From Acidimicrobiales bacterium (GTDB lineage: Bacteria; Actinomycetota; Acidimicrobiia; Acidimicrobiales; RAAP-2), in contig JADGOH010000042.1 of the NCBI GenBank assembly GCA_017883025.1, positions 1 through 61,092 of the forward strand: a stretch of DNA of 61,092 nt. Reading direction: 5' to 3'. Positions 51,338 through 60,437 of this stretch are shown here, in pieces. Positions within the stretch are counted from its first letter, which is position 1. Each line of letters begins with the position of its first letter. Below the pieces are notes generated by a model. It ran no database searches. It saw nothing but the letters and a program-made list of their open reading frames with translations, and was not told the origin of the DNA. The translations under genes and the position numbers were made by a program.

Positions 51338-51922
51338 GTGCTGAAGATCTACACCCGCACCGGCGACGACGGGACGACGGGCCTCCTGTACGGGGGTCGG
51401 ATCAGCAAGGACGCCCCGATGATGCAGGTCACGGGCACGGTCGACGAGGCCCAGGCGGCAATGGGTCTGGCCCGGGCCGAGGCCGGTCCCGGTTCGGAGC
51501 TGGACGATCTCCTGACCCACCTCGAGCGTGAGTTGTACGTCCTGATGGCCGAGGTGACCACCGACCCGTCCCACCGTCCCAAGCTGGTTGCGGGCAAGAC
51601 GCTGGTGACCGAGGAGATGGTGACGGCGCTCGAGGAGCGAATCGACGGACTGATCGCCCGGGTGGCCATGCCGACGGAGTTCGTGGTGCCCGGGGCGAAC
51701 CGGGCCTCGGCCGCGCTCGACCTGGCCCGGACGATCGTGCGCCGCGCCGAGCGCCTCCTCGTCTCGTCACCGATCGAGGACTCCCTGGTCGGCCTCTACC
51801 TGAACCGGCTGTCCGACCTGCTGTGGGCCCTGGCGCGCTGGGCCGAGGGCCAGGACCACCTGCTGGCCCGCGGCGCCCCGCGCCGGGCGGCCGACGACGG
51901 TGTCGACGGCGCTCCGGGCTGA
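51338..51922 (+). CDS. ATP:cob(I)alamin adenosyltransferase, PduO type
   Basis: KIYTRTGDDGTTGL, VDEAQAAMGLARA, LERELYVLMAEV. GTG start with GAGGA 4 nt upstream. Confidence 0.9.
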   Translation: MLKIYTRTGDDGTTGLLYGGRISKDAPMMQVTGTVDEAQAAMGLARAEAGPGSELDDLLTHLERELYVLMAEVTTDPSHRPKLVAGKTLVTEEMVTALEERIDGLIARVAMPTEFVVPGANRASAALDLARTIVRRAERLLVSSPIEDSLVGLYLNRLSDLLWALARWAEGQDHLLARGAPRRAADDGVDGAPG

Positions 51923-52054
51923 CCGGGTCCGTCGACGGACGGCCACCGCCGGACCACCCGACTTGCACACGCCTCTTCCCCATCGAACGACCCGACCCGC
52001 AGGAACACCGCCCCCATCGAACGACCCGCCGACCGAGCCATCTGGAGCACTGAC

Positions 52055-53620
52055 GTGATCGACGTGACCACACTGTCCGCAGCCGGACTTCCCGCCGAAC
52101 TGGCCGCCGTGGGCGTCCCCGTCCACAGCTCCGGCGACGGCCCGGTCGTCGCCATCGATCGGGGCGGCGTTGACGGCGTGGACCTACCGGCAGTGTTGGA
52201 CGCCCGGTGGTGCGAGCGCCAGGGATTCACCGGCAAGGCGGCCCAGATCCTGGTACTGCGGTCGCCCAACGCCGCCACCGGCGCGGCGCCGGCCCCCGAC
52301 GTGGTCCTGGTCGGCCTGGGGCCTGTCGCTGCGCTCGCCGGCGACAAGGGTCGGGAGACGGTGCGTCGGGCCGCGGCCGGTTTCGTGCGATCCGCCGGTT
52401 CTGGCGGCACAGCGCTGCTCGCGCTGCCGGACGTCGCCGGAGTGCCGGCTGCCGATGTGGCCGCGGCCGCCGCCGAGGGCGGATCGCTCGCCTCCTACCG
52501 GTTCGACGGTTACCGAAGCGCCGATCCGTCCCCGGGCCTGAGTGCCCTGGTACTGCGCGGCGGGGATCCGGTCGCCGTCGCCGAGGGGGCGGCGCGCGGC
52601 GCCCAGGTGGCCAGGTCGGTGGCACTCGCCCGCGACCTGGTGAACGAGCCGGCCGGGTCGCTCACCCCGGAGCGGTTCGCCGACGTCGTGAGTGAGCGCT
52701 TCGCCTCGAATCCGGCGATCAGCGTGGAGGTGTGGGACGAGGCGCGGATCACCGACGAGCGCCTCGGTGGCCTGCTCGGGGTGGCGGCCGGTTCGGAACG
52801 GCCCCCCCGCCTCGTGCGCGTCGAGTACCGCCCCGACGACCCGTTCGAGTTCGACGGCCGGGTGCCGCATCTCGCACTCGTGGGCAAGGGGATCACGTTC
52901 GACTCGGGTGGGCTCTCCATCAAGCCGGCGGCCGGCATGGAGACGATGAAGACCGACATGGGCGGGGCTGCAGCGGTCCTCGCCGCCCTCGAGGCGGTCG
53001 CCGCCATGGGCGGGCGGACCCCGATCACGGCCTGGGCGCCGATGACGGAGAACCTGCCGAGCGGCACTGCCATCAAGCCCGGCGACGTCCTCACCACCCG
53101 CAGCGGCAAGACCATCGAGGTCCTCAACACCGACGCCGAGGGACGCCTGATCCTCGCCGACGGACTTGCGTTGGCCGTCGAGGCCGGCCCGGACGCCGTG
53201 ATCGATCTGGCCACTCTGACGGGCGCCGCCGTGGTGGCCCTGGGAAAGGAGATCGCCGGCCTGCTCGGAAACGACGAGGAGCTGGTGGCGACGGTGCAGG
53301 CCGCCGGTGCCCGGGCGGGGGAGCCCCTGTGGCCCCTACCCCTCCACGAGGACTACTCCGCCCACATCGAGTCCGAGGTGGCCGACATGAAGAACACGGG
53401 ACGCCCGGGCCAGGCCGGGACCATATCCGCCGCGCTGCTGCTCCAGGAGTTCGTGTCCGACGTGCCGTGGGCCCACCTGGACATCGCCGGCCCCTCGCGC
53501 ACTGACGACAACCGCGGCTACAACTCCAAAGGCGGGACCGGGTTCGGCGTCCGCACCCTCGTGGCGCTCGCCACCTCCGAGGAGTTCGCCCGCTGGCTGG
53601 CCACCCGGCCGAGGGACTGA
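52055..53620 (+). CDS. pepA: leucyl aminopeptidase (M17)
   Basis: VGKGITFDSGGLSIKP, MKTDMGGAAAV, NTDAEGRLILAD, LATLTGA. Confidence 0.9.
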   Translation: MIDVTTLSAAGLPAELAAVGVPVHSSGDGPVVAIDRGGVDGVDLPAVLDARWCERQGFTGKAAQILVLRSPNAATGAAPAPDVVLVGLGPVAALAGDKGRETVRRAAAGFVRSAGSGGTALLALPDVAGVPAADVAAAAAEGGSLASYRFDGYRSADPSPGLSALVLRGGDPVAVAEGAARGAQVARSVALARDLVNEPAGSLTPERFADVVSERFASNPAISVEVWDEARITDERLGGLLGVAAGSERPPRLVRVEYRPDDPFEFDGRVPHLALVGKGITFDSGGLSIKPAAGMETMKTDMGGAAAVLAALEAVAAMGGRTPITAWAPMTENLPSGTAIKPGDVLTTRSGKTIEVLNTDAEGRLILADGLALAVEAGPDAVIDLATLTGAAVVALGKEIAGLLGNDEELVATVQAAGARAGEPLWPLPLHEDYSAHIESEVADMKNTGRPGQAGTISAALLLQEFVSDVPWAHLDIAGPSRTDDNRGYNSKGGTGFGVRTLVALATSEEFARWLATRPRD

Positions 53621-53677
53621 GCCGGTCCCTTCGGACGAACCGGGAAACCGGCCGGCCCCTGCACTACCGTCTGCCTC

Positions 53678-54667
53678 GTGAAGATCGCAGTCCTCGGGGG
53701 AGGGTCGTGGGGCACGACCGTGGCGTCGCTCGTTGCGCCCCGGCACGAAACCCTGCTGTGGGCCCGTGACCCGGAGGTCGCCAGGGCCGTCCGGGAGGAT
53801 CACGAGAATCCGGCCTACCTGCCCGGCTTCGGCCTCGACGCAGCGTTAGGGGCGACCGCGGACCTCGAGGAGGCCGTGTGCGGTGCGGATCTGGTCGTCC
53901 TGGGGGTGCCGACCTCGGGCCTGCGCCGGGTCCTCGCCGACGCGGCGCCCTCCATGCGCCCCTGGATCCCGGTCGTGAGCCTGTCGAAGGGACTCGAGCG
54001 CGGTTCGCACCTGCGGATGACCGAGGTCATCAAGGAGGTCGTGCCCGGGCACCCGGTGGCCGCGCTGACGGGACCCAACATCGCCAGCGAGATCCTGTCC
54101 GGCAAGGCCGCCGCCGCCGTGATCGCCACCGAAGACCTCGAGGTGGCCAGCGCCATCCAGGCCGTCTTCACCCGGGGCGTCTTCCGGGTCTACGTCAACG
54201 ACGACGTCATCGGGTGCGAGCTGGGCGGCGCCCTCAAGAACGTGATCGCCATCGCGGCGGGCATGGGGGAGGGCCTCGGCGTGGGCGACAACACCCGGGC
54301 CGCGGTGATGTCCCGGGGCCTTGCCGAGCTCATCCGCCTGGGCGAGGCCATGGGGGCCAAGCCGGCGACCTTCGCGGGGTTGGCGGGCATGGGCGACCTG
54401 ATCGCCACCTGCGTCAGCCCCCACAGCCGGAACCGTGCCGTGGGCGAGCAGCTGGGCAAGGGGCGCAAGCTCGCCGATATCCTCGACGAGATGCACATGG
54501 TGGCCGAAGGCGTGAACACCGCCAACGTGGCCCTCGAACTGGCCGAGCGGCACGGTCTCGACCTTCCCATCTGCCGGATGATCGACAGGGTGGTCAAGGG
54601 CGAGATGGAGCCGGTCGACACCTACTGGGGACTGACGCCGGCGGGCCACGAGGCCGAGCCGGGCTGA
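53678..54667 (+). CDS. gpsA: NAD(P)H-dependent glycerol-3-phosphate dehydrogenase
   Basis: KIAVLGGGSWGT, LSKGLE, GPNIASE, ELGGALKNVIAIAAG, NRAVGEQLGKG. Confidence 0.95.
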   Translation: MKIAVLGGGSWGTTVASLVAPRHETLLWARDPEVARAVREDHENPAYLPGFGLDAALGATADLEEAVCGADLVVLGVPTSGLRRVLADAAPSMRPWIPVVSLSKGLERGSHLRMTEVIKEVVPGHPVAALTGPNIASEILSGKAAAAVIATEDLEVASAIQAVFTRGVFRVYVNDDVIGCELGGALKNVIAIAAGMGEGLGVGDNTRAAVMSRGLAELIRLGEAMGAKPATFAGLAGMGDLIATCVSPHSRNRAVGEQLGKGRKLADILDEMHMVAEGVNTANVALELAERHGLDLPICRMIDRVVKGEMEPVDTYWGLTPAGHEAEPG

Positions 54668-54710
54668 CCCGGCGGTTGGGGGACGAGTGGCCGGGCCGGC
54701 AGACCCGCCG

Positions 54711-55574
54711 TCAGCCGGACCCGTCCGGCAGGTCCGGCGCGCAGGCGCGCACGGGCAGATGCGGCAGCAGCGGGAGGGCCGGACGGTGCTGGCCCGTCCG
54801 GGCGCCGCCGCCCGGAGCGGTGAGATCCTGATCGCCCCGACCGTCGCATGCGGCGCCGGCAGCATGGAAGGCGACGGCCGGGTGGAACTGCCACTGTGCG
54901 AGGCGTCGCTCGATCGTCGCCCGGTCGTGTCCCGTGTCGGCCAGGCCGGTCGCCAGCCGGAGCGCTCGGCGCCGCATCTGCTCGACCTCGGGAAGCTGCT
55001 GCTCTGCGATCCAGCGGCGGTGGCTGCGTTGGAGCGAGTCGGGCAACCGGCTGAGGTGTCGCAGCGGCAGCGGGGGGATGCGCGTTCGGACGGCCAGCTC
55101 TCCCGGGCCCTGTGAGCGGGCCAGCTCGAAGGTGATCAGTCGGGCCAGCGCCCGGCGGAACGGCGAGTTCTTGCCCATCTTGTCGCCGAGCCCGAGCGAT
55201 CGTGCCGTGTCGGGCAGGTTGAGGTCGTAGCCGTCCCCGTGGACCTCGAGGCCGTAGTTGAGTCGGCGCAGCAGCCAGGTCGTGCTCGGGCCGACGATGC
55301 CCAGCCAGTAGAGCTCCACGTACCTACTGCACGGGTGCACGCCGTGGGGGTCGGCCACAGGGTCCACCCAGGGCACGATCCGCAGCGTCGGGCTGCCGGG
55401 CGGGGAGCCCGCGGCGTCGGGGCGGGAGACCACCGGGCGGAGGGGGCGTGGCGGCGTGGGGATGACGGTGGGCGTGGGCACTTCGGACTCCTCGGGTCGG
55501 GACCCGGGCCATGCCGGTGGGCGTGGCGGGTCGTTCGGGTCCGAGGAGCCTGCGAGACGGTGCTTGCCGGACAC
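54711..55574 (-). CDS. hypothetical protein: Pro-rich N-terminus plus conserved-looking helical core (possible winged-helix)
   Basis: ORF track, GTG start. GC3 is high to the very end. The core RYVELYWLGIVGPSTTWLLRRLNYGL...LPDTARSLGLGDKMGKNSPFRRALARLITFELA looks like an HTH-type fold, but I cannot assign a family. Confidence 0.6.
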   Translation of the reverse strand: MSGKHRLAGSSDPNDPPRPPAWPGSRPEESEVPTPTVIPTPPRPLRPVVSRPDAAGSPPGSPTLRIVPWVDPVADPHGVHPCSRYVELYWLGIVGPSTTWLLRRLNYGLEVHGDGYDLNLPDTARSLGLGDKMGKNSPFRRALARLITFELARSQGPGELAVRTRIPPLPLRHLSRLPDSLQRSHRRWIAEQQLPEVEQMRRRALRLATGLADTGHDRATIERRLAQWQFHPAVAFHAAGAACDGRGDQDLTAPGGGARTGQHRPALPLLPHLPVRACAPDLPDGSG

Positions 55575-55629
55575 CTTGCCGAGGGCCCGGTCGGCTCGGG
55601 TAGGCGACGGAGCCCGGGTGTCGAGGGGC

Positions 55630-56085
55630 CTAGTCGGTGTCGACCGGCTGCCAGCGCCCCACCGAGTACGCCAGCATGAGCGGCACGTCGATCGCGAAGA
55701 GCAGCAGCATGGCGCTGAACAGCGTGAGCAGCCGGGCCGGGGTGTGATCGAAGACGAACACGAATTCGAGGATCCCGGTGATCACGCCGTATGCCAGGAG
55801 CCCCCAGCCGAAGACCCGGAAGAACACCGGCCAGGCGAACACCTTGACCCGGGACAGCAGGACGGCGTTCACGGCGAGCAGCAGTGCGGCTGCACCGAGC
55901 AGCACCGTGGGCAGGGTCAGGTTCGGCGACCGGCCGTACTGGGCGGCAACCAGGATCCCGCCGGAGACGATCAGGACGAGGGTGCCGATGGCGATGGGCA
56001 TGACCGGTGGCAGGTCGGCCTGCCGGAGGTCCTCGGTGTCGGGCTCGCCGAAGCCCGGCGGCGGCGTGGCGGCGGCCGTCGTCAT
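55630..56085 (-). CDS. integral membrane protein (4 TM), unknown function
   Basis: ORF track. The ATG overlaps the upstream stop as ATGA. Four clear hydrophobic helices. Confidence 0.65.
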   Translation of the reverse strand: MTTAAATPPPGFGEPDTEDLRQADLPPVMPIAIGTLVLIVSGGILVAAQYGRSPNLTLPTVLLGAAALLLAVNAVLLSRVKVFAWPVFFRVFGWGLLAYGVITGILEFVFVFDHTPARLLTLFSAMLLLFAIDVPLMLAYSVGRWQPVDTD

Positions 56086-56741
56086 CGGCTCGCCAGGAAG
56101 GTCATGATCAGGATGGTGGCGATCTGCATCAGCCCCGTGATCCCCGCCGTGAAGATGAACACCTTCATGAGGCGCCCGATCCGCTCACCGTTCGGCCGGG
56201 GCTTCTTCAGCTCGAAGAGGACGGCCAGGTTGGCGGGCTCGAGCAGTCCGAGGGCGATGACCGACATCACCCCGACGATGATGTACGAGGCCACGAGCCA
56301 CCCGTGGTGGGGGTAGGAGGCAGAGAGGTTGCCGACATGGCGGGCCAGCTGGAAGCCGCCGGCGAGCGTCATGATCACCAGCGTCGGCATGATGAGCAGC
56401 ATCTTCGGCATGAACCGGGTGGTGAACTCGACCCGGGCCGGGATCGACAGGGCGCCCATGATCGGGCCCAGCACGAGGCCGAGGAAGAGGTCGAGGCTCG
56501 TCCACAGTCCTCCGCCGGCCACGTGGAAGAAGGTCAGGCCCCAGAGGTTGTTGGTGGCGATGACGACGACCAGGGCAATGAGCACGGCGGCCACGATGGG
56601 TAGCGCCCGCACCGGCACGATGTTGAAGTTCGGCACCGGCGGGGGACCGTGGCCGCCGGTGCCCGGCGGGGGCGTGGCGGTCGGCTCGGCACCGGGCGGG
56701 CCCTCGGTTCGGACGACGGGGTCGGTGGCGGTATCGGTCAT
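56082..56741 (-). CDS. integral membrane protein (about 5 TM) with Pro-rich cytoplasmic N-terminus, unknown function
   Basis: ORF track. FFHVAGGGLWTSLDLFLGLVLGP and QLARHVGNLSASYPHHGW are His-containing segments within TM regions. Confidence 0.7.
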   Translation of the reverse strand: MTDTATDPVVRTEGPPGAEPTATPPPGTGGHGPPPVPNFNIVPVRALPIVAAVLIALVVVIATNNLWGLTFFHVAGGGLWTSLDLFLGLVLGPIMGALSIPARVEFTTRFMPKMLLIMPTLVIMTLAGGFQLARHVGNLSASYPHHGWLVASYIIVGVMSVIALGLLEPANLAVLFELKKPRPNGERIGRLMKVFIFTAGITGLMQIATILIMTFLASR

Positions 56742-56892
56742 GGTCGCTCCAGGGGGATGGCGTCAGGTCGTCGGTGGTGCTCGGGCCGACGGGATGCGAC
56801 CCGCGTTCGACAGGGCCGCCGGCTGAAACGCATCGTATGCCCGGTGAACCGTGCGTGCTCGGACTCCTGCGCCGCTCGTGCCGCCTGCCCGC

Positions 56893-57540
56893 CTACCACC
56901 TTCCCCGATGGACGGCCTGGTCCACCCTCCGTCGCGGCCTGGCTGCCGACGCCGACGGAGGGTCGGGCAGGGACGGCTCGCCCAGCAGCACGGCCCCCAG
57001 CCACCGCCGGGACGGGGGAACGCCGAGGGACCGCTTCAGCTCCTCCTCGCCCCGGAAGTTGCCGAGGAACGCCGCCCCGACGCCCCGGTCGACCGCGGCC
57101 AGCAGCAGGGTCTGCACAGCGAAGGCGGCGTCCACGTGCCAATAGGGGACGACCCACTCGACCTCGGCCCCGTCGGCCCGGGCCTTGTCCGGCTCCCGGT
57201 ACCGTTCGACGTAGGCATCGGGATCGCTGAAGGCCAGCACCACCACCGGGGCCCTGGACAGCCCGGCGAACCTGCGTGACCGCTCACGCCAGGCGGTGTC
57301 GGTGGTGGCGTCCCAATAGCGGGCGGTCTCGCCCGGGCCCTCCAGGACGAGGAACTCGCGGCCCTGGGTGTTGCCGGCCGAGGGCGCCCGCAGGGCCAGG
57401 TCCAGCAAGGTGTCGACCTCGGTCGGGTCGAGGGGCGCCCCCGTGAAATTGCGGGACATGCGTCGCCGTCCGACTGCCTCGCTCAGTTCCACCAGGCGAA
57501 CGCTACCGCCCGTCGCCTGACGTTCTGGGCGGGCCCTCAT
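56893..57540 (-). CDS. nitroreductase family protein
   Basis: RRMSRNFTGAPL, LDLALRAPSAGNTQG, HVDAAFAVQTLLLAAVDRGVGA. The start is uncertain (ATG 57540 or GTG 57492). Confidence 0.8.
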   Translation of the reverse strand: MRARPERQATGGSVRLVELSEAVGRRRMSRNFTGAPLDPTEVDTLLDLALRAPSAGNTQGREFLVLEGPGETARYWDATTDTAWRERSRRFAGLSRAPVVVLAFSDPDAYVERYREPDKARADGAEVEWVVPYWHVDAAFAVQTLLLAAVDRGVGAAFLGNFRGEEELKRSLGVPPSRRWLGAVLLGEPSLPDPPSASAARPRRRVDQAVHRGRW

Positions 57541-57578
57541 CGCTTGTAGGCGGGAGCCGTCCTCGTTAGGGTCGCACC

Positions 57579-58985
57579 ATGGACCAGCCGCAGCGGGTGT
57601 CGCGTCGGGCACTCCTGGGGGGCTTCGCGGGAGCGGCTGCCGTCGGGCTCGCCGCCTGCTCGTCGTCCTCGGGTTCGCCCGGCCCGACGACGACGTCCTC
57701 TACCGCGGCAAGGGCGAAGCAGTCCGGAGTGGGCACGCTGCCGAACCCGGGGGCCGCCGCCGGCACCGACCAACTTCCGCTCATCCGCAACATCGTCGTC
57801 GTCATGCTTGAGAACCACTCCTACGACAACGTGCTCGGGATGCAGCGTGGCCGGGGCGAGGGGTTCGTGCTCGGCAAGGGGGGCACGCCGACGGCCACCA
57901 ATCCGTGGCCGTCGACGTCGGTGATCCCGCCGTCGGGAGGGGACTCGGTCCTCCGAGCCTTCCCCATGCCCAACCCCTGTCAGCCTGAAGGGCACCCGTA
58001 CAACACGTGGGACGCCTTCTGGGACTCCTATGCCGGCGGCAAGCTCGACGGGTTCGCCGCCAGTCAGAGCGGCCCGGTGTCAATGGGCTACATCGAGCCC
58101 TCGATCCTCCCGTTCACCAACTCCTTGGCGGCGGCGTTCCCCGTGTGCGACCGCTACTTCTGCTCGGTCGGGGCGCAGACCTACCCCAACCGCCGCTTCC
58201 TCATGGCCGGCACGTCGCTGGGGCTGCTGGGCGACACGTTCCCGTCGGCGGCCCCACCCAACGGCACCGTCTTCCAGGCCCTCGACACCCACGGGATCTC
58301 GTGGAAGAACTACTACTCGTCGCTTCCGTCGACGCTGATCTGGTCGTACCAGGCCGCGCTCCCCGGATTCACCTCGCACCTGGCGTCGAACGCCGCGTTC
58401 CTGGCAGACGCCGCCGCCGGGACACTGCCCGCCGTGAGCCTGGTGGACCCCGACTTCGACAAGCAGTCGCAGGAGGACCCGCAGGACGTGCAGTACGGGG
58501 ACCAGTTCCTGGCGCAGGTGGTCAATGCCGTCCTCGCCTCACCCCAGTGGCCGCACACCCTGCTGGTGTGGTGCTACGACGAGTCGGGCGGGTACTACGA
58601 CCACGTGCCGCCGCCTGCCGCCGCGGTGCCCGACGCAGTTCCGCCCGACGTGCCGGCCGGGGGCACACCGGGGTCGTTCGACCGCTACGGCTTCCGCGTG
58701 CCCGCCGGCATCGTGTCGCCCTATGCCAAGCCCGACTACGTGTCCCACGTGGTCCACGACCACACCTCGGTGCTCAAGCTCATCGAGACGAAGTGGAACC
58801 TGCCCGCCCTGACGAATCGGGACGCCGCCGCCGACGACCTCCTCGACTCGGTGGACCTGTCGCGTCCGCCGAGGTTCCTGAAGCCGCCGAAGCTTGCGGC
58901 GTCGGCCGACCCGTCGGTGCTGGCCGGGTGCCTGTCGACCGGAGCGGGGACGATCCCGCCGCCGAGCGCCGTCCGCCCGGCCTGA
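57579..58985 (+). CDS. Tat-exported lipoprotein, phosphoesterase family (phospholipase C / acid phosphatase AcpA-like)
   Basis: Twin-arginine signal SRRALLGGFAGAAAVGLAAC with lipobox. IVVVMLENHSYDNVLG. YDESGGYYDHV. GFRVP. Confidence 0.85.
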   Translation: MDQPQRVSRRALLGGFAGAAAVGLAACSSSSGSPGPTTTSSTAARAKQSGVGTLPNPGAAAGTDQLPLIRNIVVVMLENHSYDNVLGMQRGRGEGFVLGKGGTPTATNPWPSTSVIPPSGGDSVLRAFPMPNPCQPEGHPYNTWDAFWDSYAGGKLDGFAASQSGPVSMGYIEPSILPFTNSLAAAFPVCDRYFCSVGAQTYPNRRFLMAGTSLGLLGDTFPSAAPPNGTVFQALDTHGISWKNYYSSLPSTLIWSYQAALPGFTSHLASNAAFLADAAAGTLPAVSLVDPDFDKQSQEDPQDVQYGDQFLAQVVNAVLASPQWPHTLLVWCYDESGGYYDHVPPPAAAVPDAVPPDVPAGGTPGSFDRYGFRVPAGIVSPYAKPDYVSHVVHDHTSVLKLIETKWNLPALTNRDAAADDLLDSVDLSRPPRFLKPPKLAASADPSVLAGCLSTGAGTIPPPSAVRPA

Positions 58986-59157
58986 CGGACCCGACGGGTC
59001 CAGGATCGGCACGCCGACCGGTCAAGAGGGGCGGACCGGTCCGGCACAGGGCCCGGGATCCCCGCAGCGAAGCCGTTTCCGCAGGTGAGGGAATGTCGAC
59101 CCCGCTGGTAGTGTTTATGCCTGTCGTAGCGCAGCCGACCGAGGAAACGAGACCGCC

Positions 59158-60336
59158 GTGCCCACCTTCCGAGAGATGTTGGCCGCCGCCAAGGCCGCCG
59201 TCCGTGAGATCACCACCGCCGAGGCCGAGGAGGAGCTGTCCCGCCCCGGCTCGATCCTGCTCGACGTACGCGAGCCCGACGAGTACGAGCAGGGCGCGCT
59301 GGCCGGTTCGGTCCACCTGCCGCGGGGCAACCTGGAGTCCTCGATCGAGGGCCGGATCCCCGACAAGTCGGCCCACGTGCTGGTCCTGTGCGCCGGCGGC
59401 GTGCGTTCTGCGTTCGCCGCCGACACCATGCAGCAACTCGGGTACACCGACGTCGCCTCGGTCATGGGTGGGTTCAACCGGTGGAAAGACGAGGGACGGG
59501 CCTGGTCCGCGCCGCGGACGCTGTCCCCCGAGCAGCGCAACCGCTACCAGCGCCACCTCCTGCTGCCCGAGGTCGGTGAGACCGGCCAGCTGAAGTTGCT
59601 CGACTCCAAGGTCCTCCTCCTCGGCGCCGGGGGTCTCGGCTCACCTGCCGCCCTGTACCTGGCAGCGGCCGGCGTCGGCACCCTCGGCATCATCGACATG
59701 GACGTGGTCGACGCCTCCAACCTGCAGCGCCAGATCCTCCACAACACGGACCGGATCGGCGAGCGGAAGGTGGACTCGGCCAAGAAGACGCTCACGCTGA
59801 TCAACCCCGACGTCGACGTGGTGACCTACGACGTCCGTCTGGGCGCCGACAACATCCTCGACATCATCGACGGCTACGACGTCATCGTGGACGGGACCGA
59901 CAACTTCCCGACTCGGTACCTGGTGAACGACGCCAGCCTGATCAAGCGGATCCCCGTGATCCACGGCTCCATCTTCCGGTTCGAGGGCCAGGCGACCGTC
60001 TTCAACCCTTACGAGGGCCCGTGCTACCGGTGCCTCCTGCCCGAACCGCCGCCGGCCGAGCTGGCCCCGAGCTGCTCCGAGGCCGGCGTGCTCGGCGTGC
60101 TCCCCGGCATCGTGGGCTCCCTCCAGGCGGTCGAGACCATCAAGGTGCTCCTCGGCATCGGCGACACACTGCAGGGCCGACTCCTGGCCTACGACGCGCT
60201 CGAGCAGAGCTTCCGGACCTTCAAGGTCCGCCGCGATCCGGGCTGCCCGGCGTGCGGCCCGGATGCCGGTGAGATCGTGATCGCCGAGTACGACGACCTC
60301 TGCATGCCCCACGTGGTCGAGGCGCCGGCCAGCTGA
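59158..60336 (+). CDS. rhodanese-ThiF/MoeB fusion: E1-like adenylyltransferase with the rhodanese domain at the N-terminus
   Basis: Residues ~15-125 form a rhodanese domain ([10 protein letters not shown]...active-site loop CAGGVRS). Residues ~130-392 form a ThiF/MoeB domain ([34 protein letters not shown]) with Zn-site cysteines CYRC and CPAC. Confidence 0.9.
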   Translation: MPTFREMLAAAKAAVREITTAEAEEELSRPGSILLDVREPDEYEQGALAGSVHLPRGNLESSIEGRIPDKSAHVLVLCAGGVRSAFAADTMQQLGYTDVASVMGGFNRWKDEGRAWSAPRTLSPEQRNRYQRHLLLPEVGETGQLKLLDSKVLLLGAGGLGSPAALYLAAAGVGTLGIIDMDVVDASNLQRQILHNTDRIGERKVDSAKKTLTLINPDVDVVTYDVRLGADNILDIIDGYDVIVDGTDNFPTRYLVNDASLIKRIPVIHGSIFRFEGQATVFNPYEGPCYRCLLPEPPPAELAPSCSEAGVLGVLPGIVGSLQAVETIKVLLGIGDTLQGRLLAYDALEQSFRTFKVRRDPGCPACGPDAGEIVIAEYDDLCMPHVVEAPAS

Positions 60337-60437
60337 GTCACGGCGCGGCGTCGTCGCCGGGACGCGGTGTGCCGACAGGTGCAGCGGGACGGACCCGCCA
60401 AATACCCCCCTGTGCACGGAGACCGTAACCTGTGGCC

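Noticed and set aside
58986-59157. A possible Moco or other riboswitch, or an sRNA, in the 172-bp spacer before the rhodanese-ThiF gene.
   Set aside because: The spacer holds only a short hairpin after the upstream stop (GGACCC-gac-GGGTCC) and a palindrome GCGGACCGGTCCGGC. I identified no recognisable riboswitch core.
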